This document shows, piece after piece, positions 26,527 to 34,236 of a DNA stretch of 64,000 nt (position 1 is the first letter of the stretch; each line of letters begins with the position of its first letter). Source of the DNA: a phage; sequence record PX246730.1, one strand, 5' to 3'. A program made the translations under genes and the position numbers. The notes under the pieces were generated by a model. It had not been told where the DNA came from. It searched no databases and worked only from the letters and a program-made list of their open reading frames with translations.

Positions 26527-26608
26527 CGGGGCGTATCTCATCTGTCTTCTAAACAGACGTTAACCGAGTAAGTGGAGTATGCGGGTTCGAGTCCTGCCGC
26601 CTCGACCA
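26527..26608 (+). tRNA. non-canonical tRNA-like element with Arg(TCT)-type anticodon hairpin and no recognisable D-arm
   Basis: acceptor CGGGGCG/CGCCTCG, hairpin TCTGT-CTTCTAA-ACAGA, 23-nt extra segment, T-arm GCGGG-TTCGAGT-CCTGC, CCA encoded. Confidence 0.4.
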
Positions 26609-26751
26609 ATTTAGTTAGCAGATTACTTAGACGACCTAAGCGGGTCTTCCTGTAGGGAGGTGGTCTGTATCTCATGTTTTCCAGAACATGTAAATAATCT
26701 GAGAAGGGGCTTTACAGTGTTGAGATAATACGGTAAGCTTCGAATTATAGT

Positions 26752-26834
26752 ATGGGACGATGTTAAGACTCTAAGGCATGAGCAACGGCTTCCAACACCG
26801 TTTCAAAGGGGTTCGACTCCTCCGTCCCATGCCA
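26752..26834 (+). tRNA. tRNA-Trp(CCA), atypical (extra nt between acceptor and D-arm)
   Basis: acceptor ATGGGAC/GTCCCAT exact, anticodon loop TTCCAAC, CCA encoded. Confidence 0.55.
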
Positions 26835-26847
26835 AAGTCTTATTAGG

Positions 26848-26935
26848 GGTAGGTAGCGGCTAATGGTAGCCAAACTGTCTTGAAAACAGTTGCCACTGTA
26901 GAGATACGGTGAGGGTTCGACTTCTTTACTTACCG
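26848..26935 (+). tRNA. tRNA-Ser(TGA), long variable arm
   Basis: anticodon arm ACTGT-CTTGAAA-ACAGT, 20-nt variable arm, T-loop TTCGACT. Confidence 0.7.
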
Positions 26936-27091
26936 CCTAATAAGATTTTAAAGCCAAGCTTCATTCGGATGTTGCTTTGGTATCCCTCGTGTTGTCGAAC
27001 ACACTAATAAAGCACCTAGTAGGTGTCACGGAGAAGAGATAATATCAAGCTCTCCAAAGGTTCTAGTCACCGGATTAAACAAGACTATGCA

Positions 27092-27112
27092 AAGACCTTT
27101 TTAGGTCTTTTT
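27092..27112 (+). terminator. hairpin AAGACC/GGTCTT plus T-tract inside tRNA array
   Basis: read directly. Confidence 0.45.
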
Positions 27113-27191
27113 AGAGGGCTTCTAAGGTTATTACAGCTTGTTGTGGAACCTTGTTGCTTAGGTTCTTAGAAGTTCTCTAAAAAGATTTAAT

Positions 27192-27269
27192 GGGAGATTG
27201 ACGGTAATTGGTAAACCTATCTCGCTTAGAACGAGATGTTTGAGGGTTCGAATCCCTTGTCTCCTACCA
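27192..27269 (+). tRNA. tRNA with anticodon TAG (Leu-type), short variable loop
   Basis: acceptor GGGAGAT/GTCTCCT (GU ends), anticodon arm TCTCG-CTTAGAA-CGAGA, CCA encoded. Confidence 0.6.
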
Positions 27270-27276
27270 AATTAAT

Positions 27277-27352
27277 GCAGGTGTAGCAAAATGGTTATGC
27301 GGCTGACTCTTAATCAGTAAGACGATGGGTTCAATTCCCTCCACCTGTACCA
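27277..27352 (+). tRNA. tRNA-Lys(CTT)
   Basis: acceptor GCAGGTG/CACCTGT, anticodon loop CTCTTAA, CCA encoded. Confidence 0.7.
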
Positions 27353-27358
27353 GATATT

Positions 27359-27434
27359 GGGGATGTAGTTTACATGGTTAAAACATAAGTTTTGCAAAAT
27401 TAAGTACAGGGTTCAATTCCCTGCTTCTCCACCA
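27359..27434 (+). tRNA. tRNA-Ala(TGC)
   Basis: D-stem GTTT/AAAC, anticodon loop TTTGCAA, T-arm CAGGG-TTCAATT-CCCTG, CCA encoded. Confidence 0.65.
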
Positions 27435-27440
27435 ATTAGT

Positions 27441-27515
27441 GCATCCATAGTTTAAACGGGAAAATTACAGTCTTCCAAACTGAGGTTGAGGGTTCGATTC
27501 CCTCTGGATGCTCCA
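27441..27515 (+). tRNA. tRNA-Gly(TCC)
   Basis: acceptor GCATCCA/TGGATGC exact, anticodon loop CTTCCAA, CCA encoded. Confidence 0.7.
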
Positions 27516-27521
27516 AATAAT

Positions 27522-27598
27522 GCTGCTTTCGTATAATTGGCTATTACACATCCCTTGTAAGGATGGAAATGCAGGTTCGAGTCCTGTGAGCAGCACCA
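27522..27598 (+). tRNA. tRNA-Thr(TGT)
   Basis: anticodon arm CATCC-CTTGTAA-GGATG perfect, T-loop TTCGAGT, CCA encoded. Confidence 0.75.
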
Positions 27599-27602
27599 AT
27601 TC

Positions 27603-27688
27603 AGAGGTCAAGTGAAAGACCGCTGGTGTCAACTGAAGACCGTAACAAATTCCACGGAGTTGAGTTAGCGGCACAACTTCAGACCTCT
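27603..27688 (+). ncRNA. framed element f (AGAGGTC ... GACCTCT) containing GAAGACCG motif
   Basis: long-range 7-bp inverted repeat between tRNAs. Confidence 0.3.
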
Positions 27689-27693
27689 TTCAC

Positions 27694-27768
27694 ACTCGCT
27701 TAGTTTATATGGTAAAACACCACCCTTACAAGATGAAGAAAAAGGTTCAAGTCCTTTAGTGAGTACCA
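27694..27768 (+). tRNA. tRNA-Val(TAC)
   Basis: acceptor ACTCGCT/AGTGAGT, D-stem GTTT/AAAC, anticodon loop CTTACAA, CCA encoded. Confidence 0.6.
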
Positions 27769-27769
27769 T

Positions 27770-27847
27770 GTTCCAGTATCCCAATTGGCAGAGGATGCAA
27801 GCTCAAACCTTGTACTAGTGACGGTTCGAATCCGTCTTGGAACACCA
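27770..27847 (+). tRNA. tRNA with anticodon CAA (Leu-type), short variable loop
   Basis: acceptor GTTCCAG/TTGGAAC, anticodon arm GCAAG-CTCAAAC-CTTGT, CCA encoded. Confidence 0.6.
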
Positions 27848-27852
27848 ATTTT

Positions 27853-27928
27853 GCAGGATTAGTTCAAATGGATAGAGCAACAGTCTACGAAGCTGTTAAT
27901 AGGGGTTCGAATCCCTTATCCTGCGCCA
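27853..27928 (+). tRNA. tRNA-Arg(ACG)
   Basis: acceptor GCAGGAT/ATCCTGC exact, anticodon loop CTACGAA, CCA encoded. Confidence 0.7.
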
Positions 27929-27947
27929 ATTTAAAGAGGCTATTTAG

Positions 27948-28505
27948 ATGAGATATTTGAAGTATGCTTCATGGATTTTCTTAGCTTTGTTAGAGCCATT
28001 TGCAGCAATCTTAGCAGTAATTTTAGCACCCTTTGTGGTTCCATTCTACAGTGAAAAGAAAGGACACTTACCTTTTGGATTCAGATGGATGGAGACTTAT
28101 GATAACCCAATTGATGGTGACAAAGGCCACGTTGAGAGATGGGCTAAGATTAGAAAGATTGGTAAGCTCGGTGTTTATATGCAGAGAGTTGGATGGCTCT
28201 GGAGAAACAAAGCTTATAACTTCTCTTACCATGTGCTAGGAAGAGATGTAAAAGATGTTACTAAGTGGAAAGGTAATATCAACGTAAGTTCTAACCCTGA
28301 AGATAATCAGACAGGTTATCTCCTAATGTGGAACAGTAATGCTTGGGGATTATTCGCTTTTACCCCATCAATTAAAATCTTTGGTAAACAATTCTACTGG
28401 AGAATTTATGTTGGATGGAAACTTAAAAGTGTTGTCCCAGAAGAAAGAGCATTCTCAAGGGAAAGAGTTATGTTGGCATTCTTTATTCATCCACTAAGAA
28501 AGTAA
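27948..28505 (+). CDS. membrane protein encoded inside tRNA array
   Basis: 185 aa; N-terminal TM IFLALLEPFAAILAVILAPFVVPF; ATG verified. Confidence 0.45.
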   Translation: MRYLKYASWIFLALLEPFAAILAVILAPFVVPFYSEKKGHLPFGFRWMETYDNPIDGDKGHVERWAKIRKIGKLGVYMQRVGWLWRNKAYNFSYHVLGRDVKDVTKWKGNINVSSNPEDNQTGYLLMWNSNAWGLFAFTPSIKIFGKQFYWRIYVGWKLKSVVPEERAFSRERVMLAFFIHPLRK

Positions 28506-28513
28506 AGATTTAA

Positions 28514-28589
28514 AGGGGATTAGTTTACAAGGTTAAAACCTCGGTCTTTGAAATCGAAGAAGTTGGTTCAATTCCAACATCCCCCACCA
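28514..28589 (+). tRNA. tRNA-Gln(TTG)
   Basis: D-stem GTTT/AAAC, anticodon arm TCGGT-CTTTGAA-ATCGA, T-arm GTTGG-TTCAATT-CCAAC, CCA encoded. Confidence 0.7.
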
Positions 28590-28591
28590 AT

Positions 28592-28670
28592 GCTCCATTA
28601 CTCCAATTGGCAGAGAGGCCAGACTTAAAATCTGTGTTATGTATCGGTTCGAATCCGATATGGAGTACCA
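28592..28670 (+). tRNA. tRNA with anticodon TAA (Leu-type), 7-nt variable loop
   Basis: acceptor GCTCCAT/ATGGAGT, anticodon loop CTTAAAA, T-arm ATCGG-TTCGAAT-CCGAT, CCA encoded. Confidence 0.55.
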
Positions 28671-28675
28671 AATTT

Positions 28676-28751
28676 AGCGGTATAGCATAACTGGCAATGC
28701 AGCAGTCTCTGAAGCTGTCCTATTAAGGTTCAAATCCTTATGCCGCTGCCA
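28676..28751 (+). tRNA. tRNA-Gln(CTG)
   Basis: D-stem GCAT/ATGC, anticodon loop CTCTGAA, T-arm TAAGG-TTCAAAT-CCTTA, CCA encoded. Confidence 0.7.
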
Positions 28752-28782
28752 CTTCTAAGGGTTCTTACGAGAGTCCTTAAAT

Positions 28783-28858
28783 GTGGCCTTATCATAAAAG
28801 GTAATGACCCATGCTGTGAACATGGTCTATACGGGTTCAAATCCCGTAGGTCACCCCA
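28783..28858 (+). tRNA. tRNA-His(GTG)
   Basis: anticodon arm CCATG-CTGTGAA-CATGG perfect, T-arm ACGGG-TTCAAAT-CCCGT, CCA encoded. Confidence 0.75.
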
Positions 28859-28863
28859 ATTTA

Positions 28864-28937
28864 TAGTCCAAGTAGCTTATATGGTAAAGCGCGTGTCTGA
28901 AAAACATGAGAAGAGGGTTCAAATCCCACTGGACTAC
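28864..28937 (+). tRNA. tRNA-Phe(GAA)
   Basis: acceptor TAGTCCA/TGGACTA exact, anticodon loop CTGAAAA; 2 extra nt before D-stem. Confidence 0.6.
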
Positions 28938-28955
28938 CAATTTCAAAGGTGCTTA

Positions 28956-29690
28956 ATGAAAGAGATGACAGAACAAGGTAAGGAGATTTTTAATCTCTTA
29001 AAAACCGGTAGAGGGTTTTCTAATCCCCTTATTACTGGTGCAGCAGTTCTCGGTGGAACCGTAGCTGCCTCTACATCACTTGTAAGCTCTATTAGCTCTG
29101 TAACAGACCCTACAATAAAAGATAAGCTTGTTGCTGCTGGGCTTACAACAGTCCTCCTAAACAGCTTTACAACAAGCCTGACAAGCACTACAGCAACTAC
29201 TAAGACCCTGACAGACTACGGTCAAAAGTCTATTGATGAGTTTTCATCACGTATGCAGGTAGCAAAGGGATACTCCAATGTTATGGGTGCAGCAGGAGAA
29301 CAAGTTGGTTGTACACCATTCAGTGGTATTATGGGTGTTGCTACAGAGTATGGTCAAAAAGCTATTGACATGATGAACAGTACACTAGATAGTGTTAATG
29401 GTGTGTTAAGTGACTTACAAGATGCTATTGATAAGGGTCTTGATACTGTTTCTGATTTAGCTAACCAAGCTGTTAGTAAGATTAATGAAGGTATCTCGAA
29501 GATTACAGCTTATGCAGATGAAGTTGTGCAGATGATTGAAGAAGAAGCTGCCCTTATTGCAGAGTACCTTAAAACGAATATCAATGGGTTCTTAGCAGGT
29601 ATCTTACCAGACTGGTTTGATGATGCCTGTAAAACTGGTGTAATTGACACTATTGCAACACCAGAAATGAAGAGCGCATTACAGAAATAA
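28956..29690 (+). CDS. hypothetical protein (Ser/Thr-rich N-region)
   Basis: track ORF 28740 reads through three tRNAs; start moved to first ATG downstream of tRNA-Phe. Confidence 0.4.
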   Translation: MKEMTEQGKEIFNLLKTGRGFSNPLITGAAVLGGTVAASTSLVSSISSVTDPTIKDKLVAAGLTTVLLNSFTTSLTSTTATTKTLTDYGQKSIDEFSSRMQVAKGYSNVMGAAGEQVGCTPFSGIMGVATEYGQKAIDMMNSTLDSVNGVLSDLQDAIDKGLDTVSDLANQAVSKINEGISKITAYADEVVQMIEEEAALIAEYLKTNINGFLAGILPDWFDDACKTGVIDTIATPEMKSALQK

Positions 29691-29691
29691 T

Positions 29692-29784
29692 GGAAGATTA
29701 ACCCTAAAAGGTAAGGGAGCAGTTTGCTAAACTGCCAGTAGCTGAGAAATCGGTGTACCAGTTCAAGTCTGGTATCTTCCTCCA
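29692..29784 (+). tRNA. tRNA-Ser(GCT), long variable arm
   Basis: acceptor GGAAGAT/ATCTTCC exact, D-arm CCC..GGG, anticodon arm GCAGT-TTGCTAA-ACTGC, 21-nt variable arm, CCA encoded. Confidence 0.75.
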
Positions 29785-29788
29785 ATTT

Positions 29789-29864
29789 GAATCCGTGACA
29801 GAAATGGATATGTGCCTGTCTGCAAAACAGGTTTATAAGGGTTCGAGTCCCTTCGGATTCTCCA
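29789..29864 (+). tRNA. tRNA-Cys(GCA)
   Basis: acceptor GAATCCG/CGGATTC exact, anticodon arm CCTGT-CTGCAAA-ACAGG, CCA encoded. Confidence 0.75.
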
Positions 29865-29901
29865 AGTTATTTTACTCTCTCTCAATTAAAATAATAATAA
29901 T

Positions 29902-29961
29902 GCCCTGCTATAAGTATTCTTCCTTTCGCTACCGAAGAGTATTTTTAGACAGGGCTTTTTT
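29902..29961 (+). terminator. long hairpin terminator after tRNA array
   Basis: GCCCTG ... CAGGGC enclosing inner stem, then TTTTTT. Confidence 0.6.
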
Positions 29962-30026
29962 ACAGAGTTATACTTTATAGGAAGACTTATACAGTATGTC
30001 TCTGACGTACATTGTGGTTTCTCCTT

Positions 30027-30050
30027 GACGGTCTCTGTGCCGTCTTTTTT
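30027..30050 (+). terminator. rho-independent terminator
   Basis: GACGG-loop-CCGTC plus TTTTTT. Confidence 0.6.
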
Positions 30051-30086
30051 AAGGAGAAACAAGATTAATTATTTGGAGAAAACATA

Positions 30087-30287
30087 ATGAGTGAGAACGT
30101 TTATAAAGAACTTTATGAAGCTAACAAGAAGTTAGAGTTTATGCAGAATACTATCATGGCAATTGCAGATAGATTATCTGTAGCAACAGGTATTGATATT
30201 AAAGAAGCATCTATGGATGCACTTCTTGATGCTGTTGATGCAAAGTTCGAAGTTAAGAAAGAAGAGACTGCTACAGACTCTGAATAA
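30087..30287 (+). CDS. hypothetical small protein
   Basis: 66 aa; GGAGA RBS; ATG verified. Confidence 0.5.
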   Translation: MSENVYKELYEANKKLEFMQNTIMAIADRLSVATGIDIKEASMDALLDAVDAKFEVKKEETATDSE

Positions 30288-30308
30288 TTCTATTTGCGGA
30301 GGCGCTTA

Positions 30309-31910
30309 ATGGACTTAAATGCTGTTAAGCAGAAGCGAGTGGAAGATGTTAGGAAAGTCCTAGCTGGAGAGTTGGGGCTTTCTGATGAAGTAAAAGAAAT
30401 TATCAAATCATTCGGTAAAGACCCCTCTAAATTCCTTCCAACTCAAATTCTGACTTTATTAAGATATACACCAGACCAAGTTCGCCTCATCTTTAAATTG
30501 ATGACTGATAAGAACTATGTAGCCCCTCAACCGGGTTCTCAAGAGGTCTTTTTAAATACTAATGCTGACTTGGTTCTTTATGGTGGTGCTGCTGGTGCTG
30601 GTAAAACTGCTGCATTGTTAATGGACTCTTTAAGGTTTATTGAAGACCCTAACTATAATGCTGTATATTTCCGTCGAAACACAACACAGTTACAAGGTGG
30701 TTTATGGCCTGCTGCAAAGAAACTATTTGGTAAGTTTGGTGGGGTTCCTCACGAGCAGAAAATGACTATCACATTCCCTTCTGGGGCGACTATCAAGTTT
30801 ACCTACCTAGAACTTGAAAAGCACGCTGAAGGTCATCAGGGTATTGAATACTCAGCTATTTACTTTGACGAAGGTACACACTTCTCTGCTTCACAGATTT
30901 CATACCTACAAACCCGTCTACGTTCTGGTGCTGAAGGTGATTCATACATGAAGATTTCCATGAACCCAGACAGAGACCACTTTATTTATGATTGGGTAGA
31001 ACCATTCCTAGATGAAGAAGGTTATCCAGACCCTGAAAAGTGTGGTCGTATTCGTTGGTATGTAATGAACGATGGTGTGATGGTTTCTGATTGGGAGAGA
31101 GACAAGATTCTTGAAATGTTCCCTCTTGAGATTCCTCAAACATACACCTTCATTTCTGGTACGATTGATGATAACCCAATTCTTGACTTCTTAGAACCAA
31201 AGTATCGTGGTAAGCTTGAAAACAACACTCCTGTAAACGTTGCAAGACTTCGTTTCGGTAACTGGAAGGCTCGTGCAGAAGGTTCAAACTATTGGCAAAG
31301 ACAATGGTGTGAAATTGTTGATTCACTCCCAGAAGATGTATTTGATGTTAGAGCATGGGACTTAGCAGCAACTTTACCATCTGAGGTTAACCCTAATCCA
31401 GACTGGACAGCAGGTGTTAAGATGGGTAAATCTAAAAAAGACGGTTGCTATTATATCATTGATGTAGTAAGATTTAGAGATAGACCCTCTGGAGTCGAAA
31501 CACAAATTAATTTGACTGCTGAAAGTGACGGTAAGCGAACTGGTATTTTTATCCCTCAAGACCCAGGCGCTGCTGGTAAATCCTACGCAACATCCCTCAT
31601 CAGGAAACTTGCCGAGAAAGGTTATCGAGCAAGAGCTAAACCAACAAATAAAGATAAAGTTACCCGATTTGCGGGGTTTTCTGCTGCTTCTGAAGCTGGA
31701 CTTGTAAAAGTCTTGAGAGGTAGCTGGAATGAAGCTTACTTCCAAGAGCTTGAAGGCTTTTGTGGTGATGGTAAAACTAAAGATGACCAAGTGGATGCTA
31801 CCAGTGATGCTTTCAACAGTCTTAACGAAGTTAAATTATTCAAGCCACCATCAATGGGTGCTCACACAGACTTAGTGAGAGGAAACCCATATGAGGGGCT
31901 TAGACGTTGA
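30309..31910 (+). CDS. terminase large subunit
   Basis: Walker A LYGGAAGAGKTAAL, Walker B-like IYFDEGTHF; start set at ATG after GGAGG (track start is TTG at 30294). Confidence 0.85.
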   Translation: MDLNAVKQKRVEDVRKVLAGELGLSDEVKEIIKSFGKDPSKFLPTQILTLLRYTPDQVRLIFKLMTDKNYVAPQPGSQEVFLNTNADLVLYGGAAGAGKTAALLMDSLRFIEDPNYNAVYFRRNTTQLQGGLWPAAKKLFGKFGGVPHEQKMTITFPSGATIKFTYLELEKHAEGHQGIEYSAIYFDEGTHFSASQISYLQTRLRSGAEGDSYMKISMNPDRDHFIYDWVEPFLDEEGYPDPEKCGRIRWYVMNDGVMVSDWERDKILEMFPLEIPQTYTFISGTIDDNPILDFLEPKYRGKLENNTPVNVARLRFGNWKARAEGSNYWQRQWCEIVDSLPEDVFDVRAWDLAATLPSEVNPNPDWTAGVKMGKSKKDGCYYIIDVVRFRDRPSGVETQINLTAESDGKRTGIFIPQDPGAAGKSYATSLIRKLAEKGYRARAKPTNKDKVTRFAGFSAASEAGLVKVLRGSWNEAYFQELEGFCGDGKTKDDQVDATSDAFNSLNEVKLFKPPSMGAHTDLVRGNPYEGLRR

Positions 31911-31926
31911 TAGCTAGGTGAGAAGA

Positions 31927-33393
31927 ATGGCAGATATTACAGAAACACAAGAAAGCTTACCACCATTTAGAATGGGTGAAGTAGGTTCTTTGGGTCTGAA
32001 GGTTAAGAATGGAAGAATCTATGAAGAACCTCGTCAGGCACTAAGGTTCCCTGAAAGTATTAAAACTTTCCAATTAATGATGCGTGACCCTGCTGTAGCA
32101 GCATCTGTAAATATTATTAAGATGTTTGTCAGAAAAGTCAACTGGAGATTCGTACCTCCAAAGGGAAAAGAGCAAGACCCTAAAATGCTTGAAAGAGCAG
32201 ACTTCTTTAATTCTTTAATGGATGACATGGAGCATGATTGGGCAGATTTTATTAACTCTGTAATGTCATTCTGCACTTATGGGTTCTGTGTTAACGAAAA
32301 GGTTTATAAGAAACGTCAGGGTAAAAAAGGAAAGTACCAGTCAAAATTTGATGATGGTCTAATTGGGTGGGCTAAATTACCAATCAGAAACCAATCAACA
32401 CTTGATAAGTGGTATTTTGACGAAGACTTTAGAAAAGTTACTGGTGTCAGACAGAATCTGAGAAATGTTTCACATATTGCTGGAGCAATTAATCTTGGAG
32501 AAAGACCACTAACAAGAAAACTTCCACGAGCTAAATTCATGCTGTTTAAGTATGATGATGAGTATGGTAACCCAGAAGGTCGTTCACCATTGCTTAATGC
32601 TTATGTACCGTGGAAGTATAAAGTTCAGATTGAAGAGTACGAAGCTGTTGGTGTTTCAAGAGACTTGGTAGGTATGCCAAAGATTGGTTTACCACCAGAT
32701 TATCTGGATGAAAATGCAGAACCTGAAAAGAAAGCTTTCGTACAATACTGCAAAACTGTTGTTAATGATATGATTGCTAATGACAGAGCAGGTTTAATCT
32801 GGCCTAGATATATTGACCCAGATACTAAAGAGGATATTTTTGAGTTCTCATTAGTTTCTAGACAGGGTGCTAAAGCATACGATACAGGTTCTATTATTGA
32901 CAGATATTCCAAGCAGATTATGATGGCATTTATGTCAGATGTTCTTGCTATGGGTCAGTCAAAATATGGTTCATTCTCTCTTGCAGATTCTAAGACAAGC
33001 TTACTAGCAATGTCAGTAGATATTCTGCTGAAGCAAATTAAGAACGTAATTAACCGTGATTTAGTTGCACAGACTTATGCTCTTAATATGTGGGATGATG
33101 AAGAACATGTGCAAATCACATATGATGATATCGAAACCCCAGACCTTGAAGTAATTGGTTCTTATATCCAGAAGACTGTTGCAGTAGGTGCTTTGGAAGT
33201 TGACAAAGAGCTATCTAACAAACTTAGAGAGCATATTGGTCTTCCTCCTGCTGATGAGTCTCAGCCAGTATCTGAAAAGCTTTCTCCAAATAGCCAAAGC
33301 CGTTCAGGAGATGGTTATAAGACCGCTGGGGAAGGTACTGCAAAGACACCTTCAGCGAAAGACCCAAGCACAGCAAATAAGGCAAATAAATAA
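31927..33393 (+). CDS. portal protein (by position and size)
   Basis: ~488 aa directly after terminase; start set at ATG (track start GTG at 31918). Confidence 0.55.
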   Translation: MADITETQESLPPFRMGEVGSLGLKVKNGRIYEEPRQALRFPESIKTFQLMMRDPAVAASVNIIKMFVRKVNWRFVPPKGKEQDPKMLERADFFNSLMDDMEHDWADFINSVMSFCTYGFCVNEKVYKKRQGKKGKYQSKFDDGLIGWAKLPIRNQSTLDKWYFDEDFRKVTGVRQNLRNVSHIAGAINLGERPLTRKLPRAKFMLFKYDDEYGNPEGRSPLLNAYVPWKYKVQIEEYEAVGVSRDLVGMPKIGLPPDYLDENAEPEKKAFVQYCKTVVNDMIANDRAGLIWPRYIDPDTKEDIFEFSLVSRQGAKAYDTGSIIDRYSKQIMMAFMSDVLAMGQSKYGSFSLADSKTSLLAMSVDILLKQIKNVINRDLVAQTYALNMWDDEEHVQITYDDIETPDLEVIGSYIQKTVAVGALEVDKELSNKLREHIGLPPADESQPVSEKLSPNSQSRSGDGYKTAGEGTAKTPSAKDPSTANKANK

Positions 33394-33893
33394 TGGCTGA
33401 AGTTATCTCTATTTCAAATGCTACACGAGTGCATTCGTATAGGGGTGTCCTTATCATTACTGATAAGTTATCTGTAGAGGCTGGCTCAAGGGTCAGCCTT
33501 TCAGGTTATGTTAGTGATGGTGGAACCTCTGACGTTTTCACTATTTGCAGGTTACTTGATGCTTCAATGAGTGGAAAACCGTTTATTTCAGGAAATTGTA
33601 GTGAAATTGTTAAAATTCCATTTGACAGTTCATGCCTTTTGGGTGTAAAGTTATATAACTGCGAGAATAAACGTATCAATGTTAATAGCATTGAAGCCGC
33701 TTTCATTACCCTCGACACTGCATTTCAATCTCCAATGACAGTTGATAAAGAAACAAACAGACTTGAATACATTTTTTCACAAAATGATTACAAAGTACTT
33801 GTCAAAGGTAAAGTATATGATATGATTGTAAATGTGGTAGATGAATCTGGTAACCATTCAACAGTCCTTAAACAAAAAGTAAGGTTTAATTAA
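33393..33893 (+). CDS. hypothetical protein (head module)
   Basis: 166-aa ORF. Confidence 0.45.
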   Translation: MAEVISISNATRVHSYRGVLIITDKLSVEAGSRVSLSGYVSDGGTSDVFTICRLLDASMSGKPFISGNCSEIVKIPFDSSCLLGVKLYNCENKRINVNSIEAAFITLDTAFQSPMTVDKETNRLEYIFSQNDYKVLVKGKVYDMIVNVVDESGNHSTVLKQKVRFN

Positions 33894-34225
33894 TGGGAAC
33901 ATTAACTATTGATGGTAAGAATAAAATCCTCGCCACGCTAACCCCAACGACTATTATTTTACACAATGTAGACCCAACGGCAGACCCTACAGCAAATAAG
34001 GTTACTCAGCCAGTGGCTATTTATTTTTCTGAACCGGATAATGGCTTAATTGCCTCAGAAGACACAGTTAACATTACTGTTCCAGCTTCTGTAACGGTCT
34101 CACACTATAGCTTGTGGGATGCTAACGATAAATGCGTGGCAACTGGTGCTCTTAGCAAACCTCAATTCTTTGCTGAAGAAGGTATCTATGTTATCTCTTC
34201 AGTCTCTGTAGATTTAAACAAATAG
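33893..34225 (+). CDS. hypothetical protein (head module)
   Basis: 110-aa ORF. Confidence 0.45.
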   Translation: MGTLTIDGKNKILATLTPTTIILHNVDPTADPTANKVTQPVAIYFSEPDNGLIASEDTVNITVPASVTVSHYSLWDANDKCVATGALSKPQFFAEEGIYVISSVSVDLNK

Positions 34226-34236
34226 GGTGAGTAAAA

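Noticed and set aside
26609-27191. Additional tRNA genes in the gaps 26609-26751 and 26938-27191
   Set aside because: Several hairpins present but no T-loop (GTTCRANTC) with complementary 7-bp acceptor strands; a missing tRNA-Asp was looked for and not found.
25105-27674. Minus-strand ORFs 25105-25356, 25733-25990, 26076-26270, 27465-27674
   Set aside because: Overlap multiple tRNA genes on the opposite strand; translations reflect tRNA T-arm repeats (GFEPS, GIRTH-like); spurious.
28740-28955. N-terminal 72 codons of track ORF 28740-29690
   Set aside because: This part reads straight through tRNA-Gln, tRNA-His and tRNA-Phe; start moved to the first ATG after tRNA-Phe.
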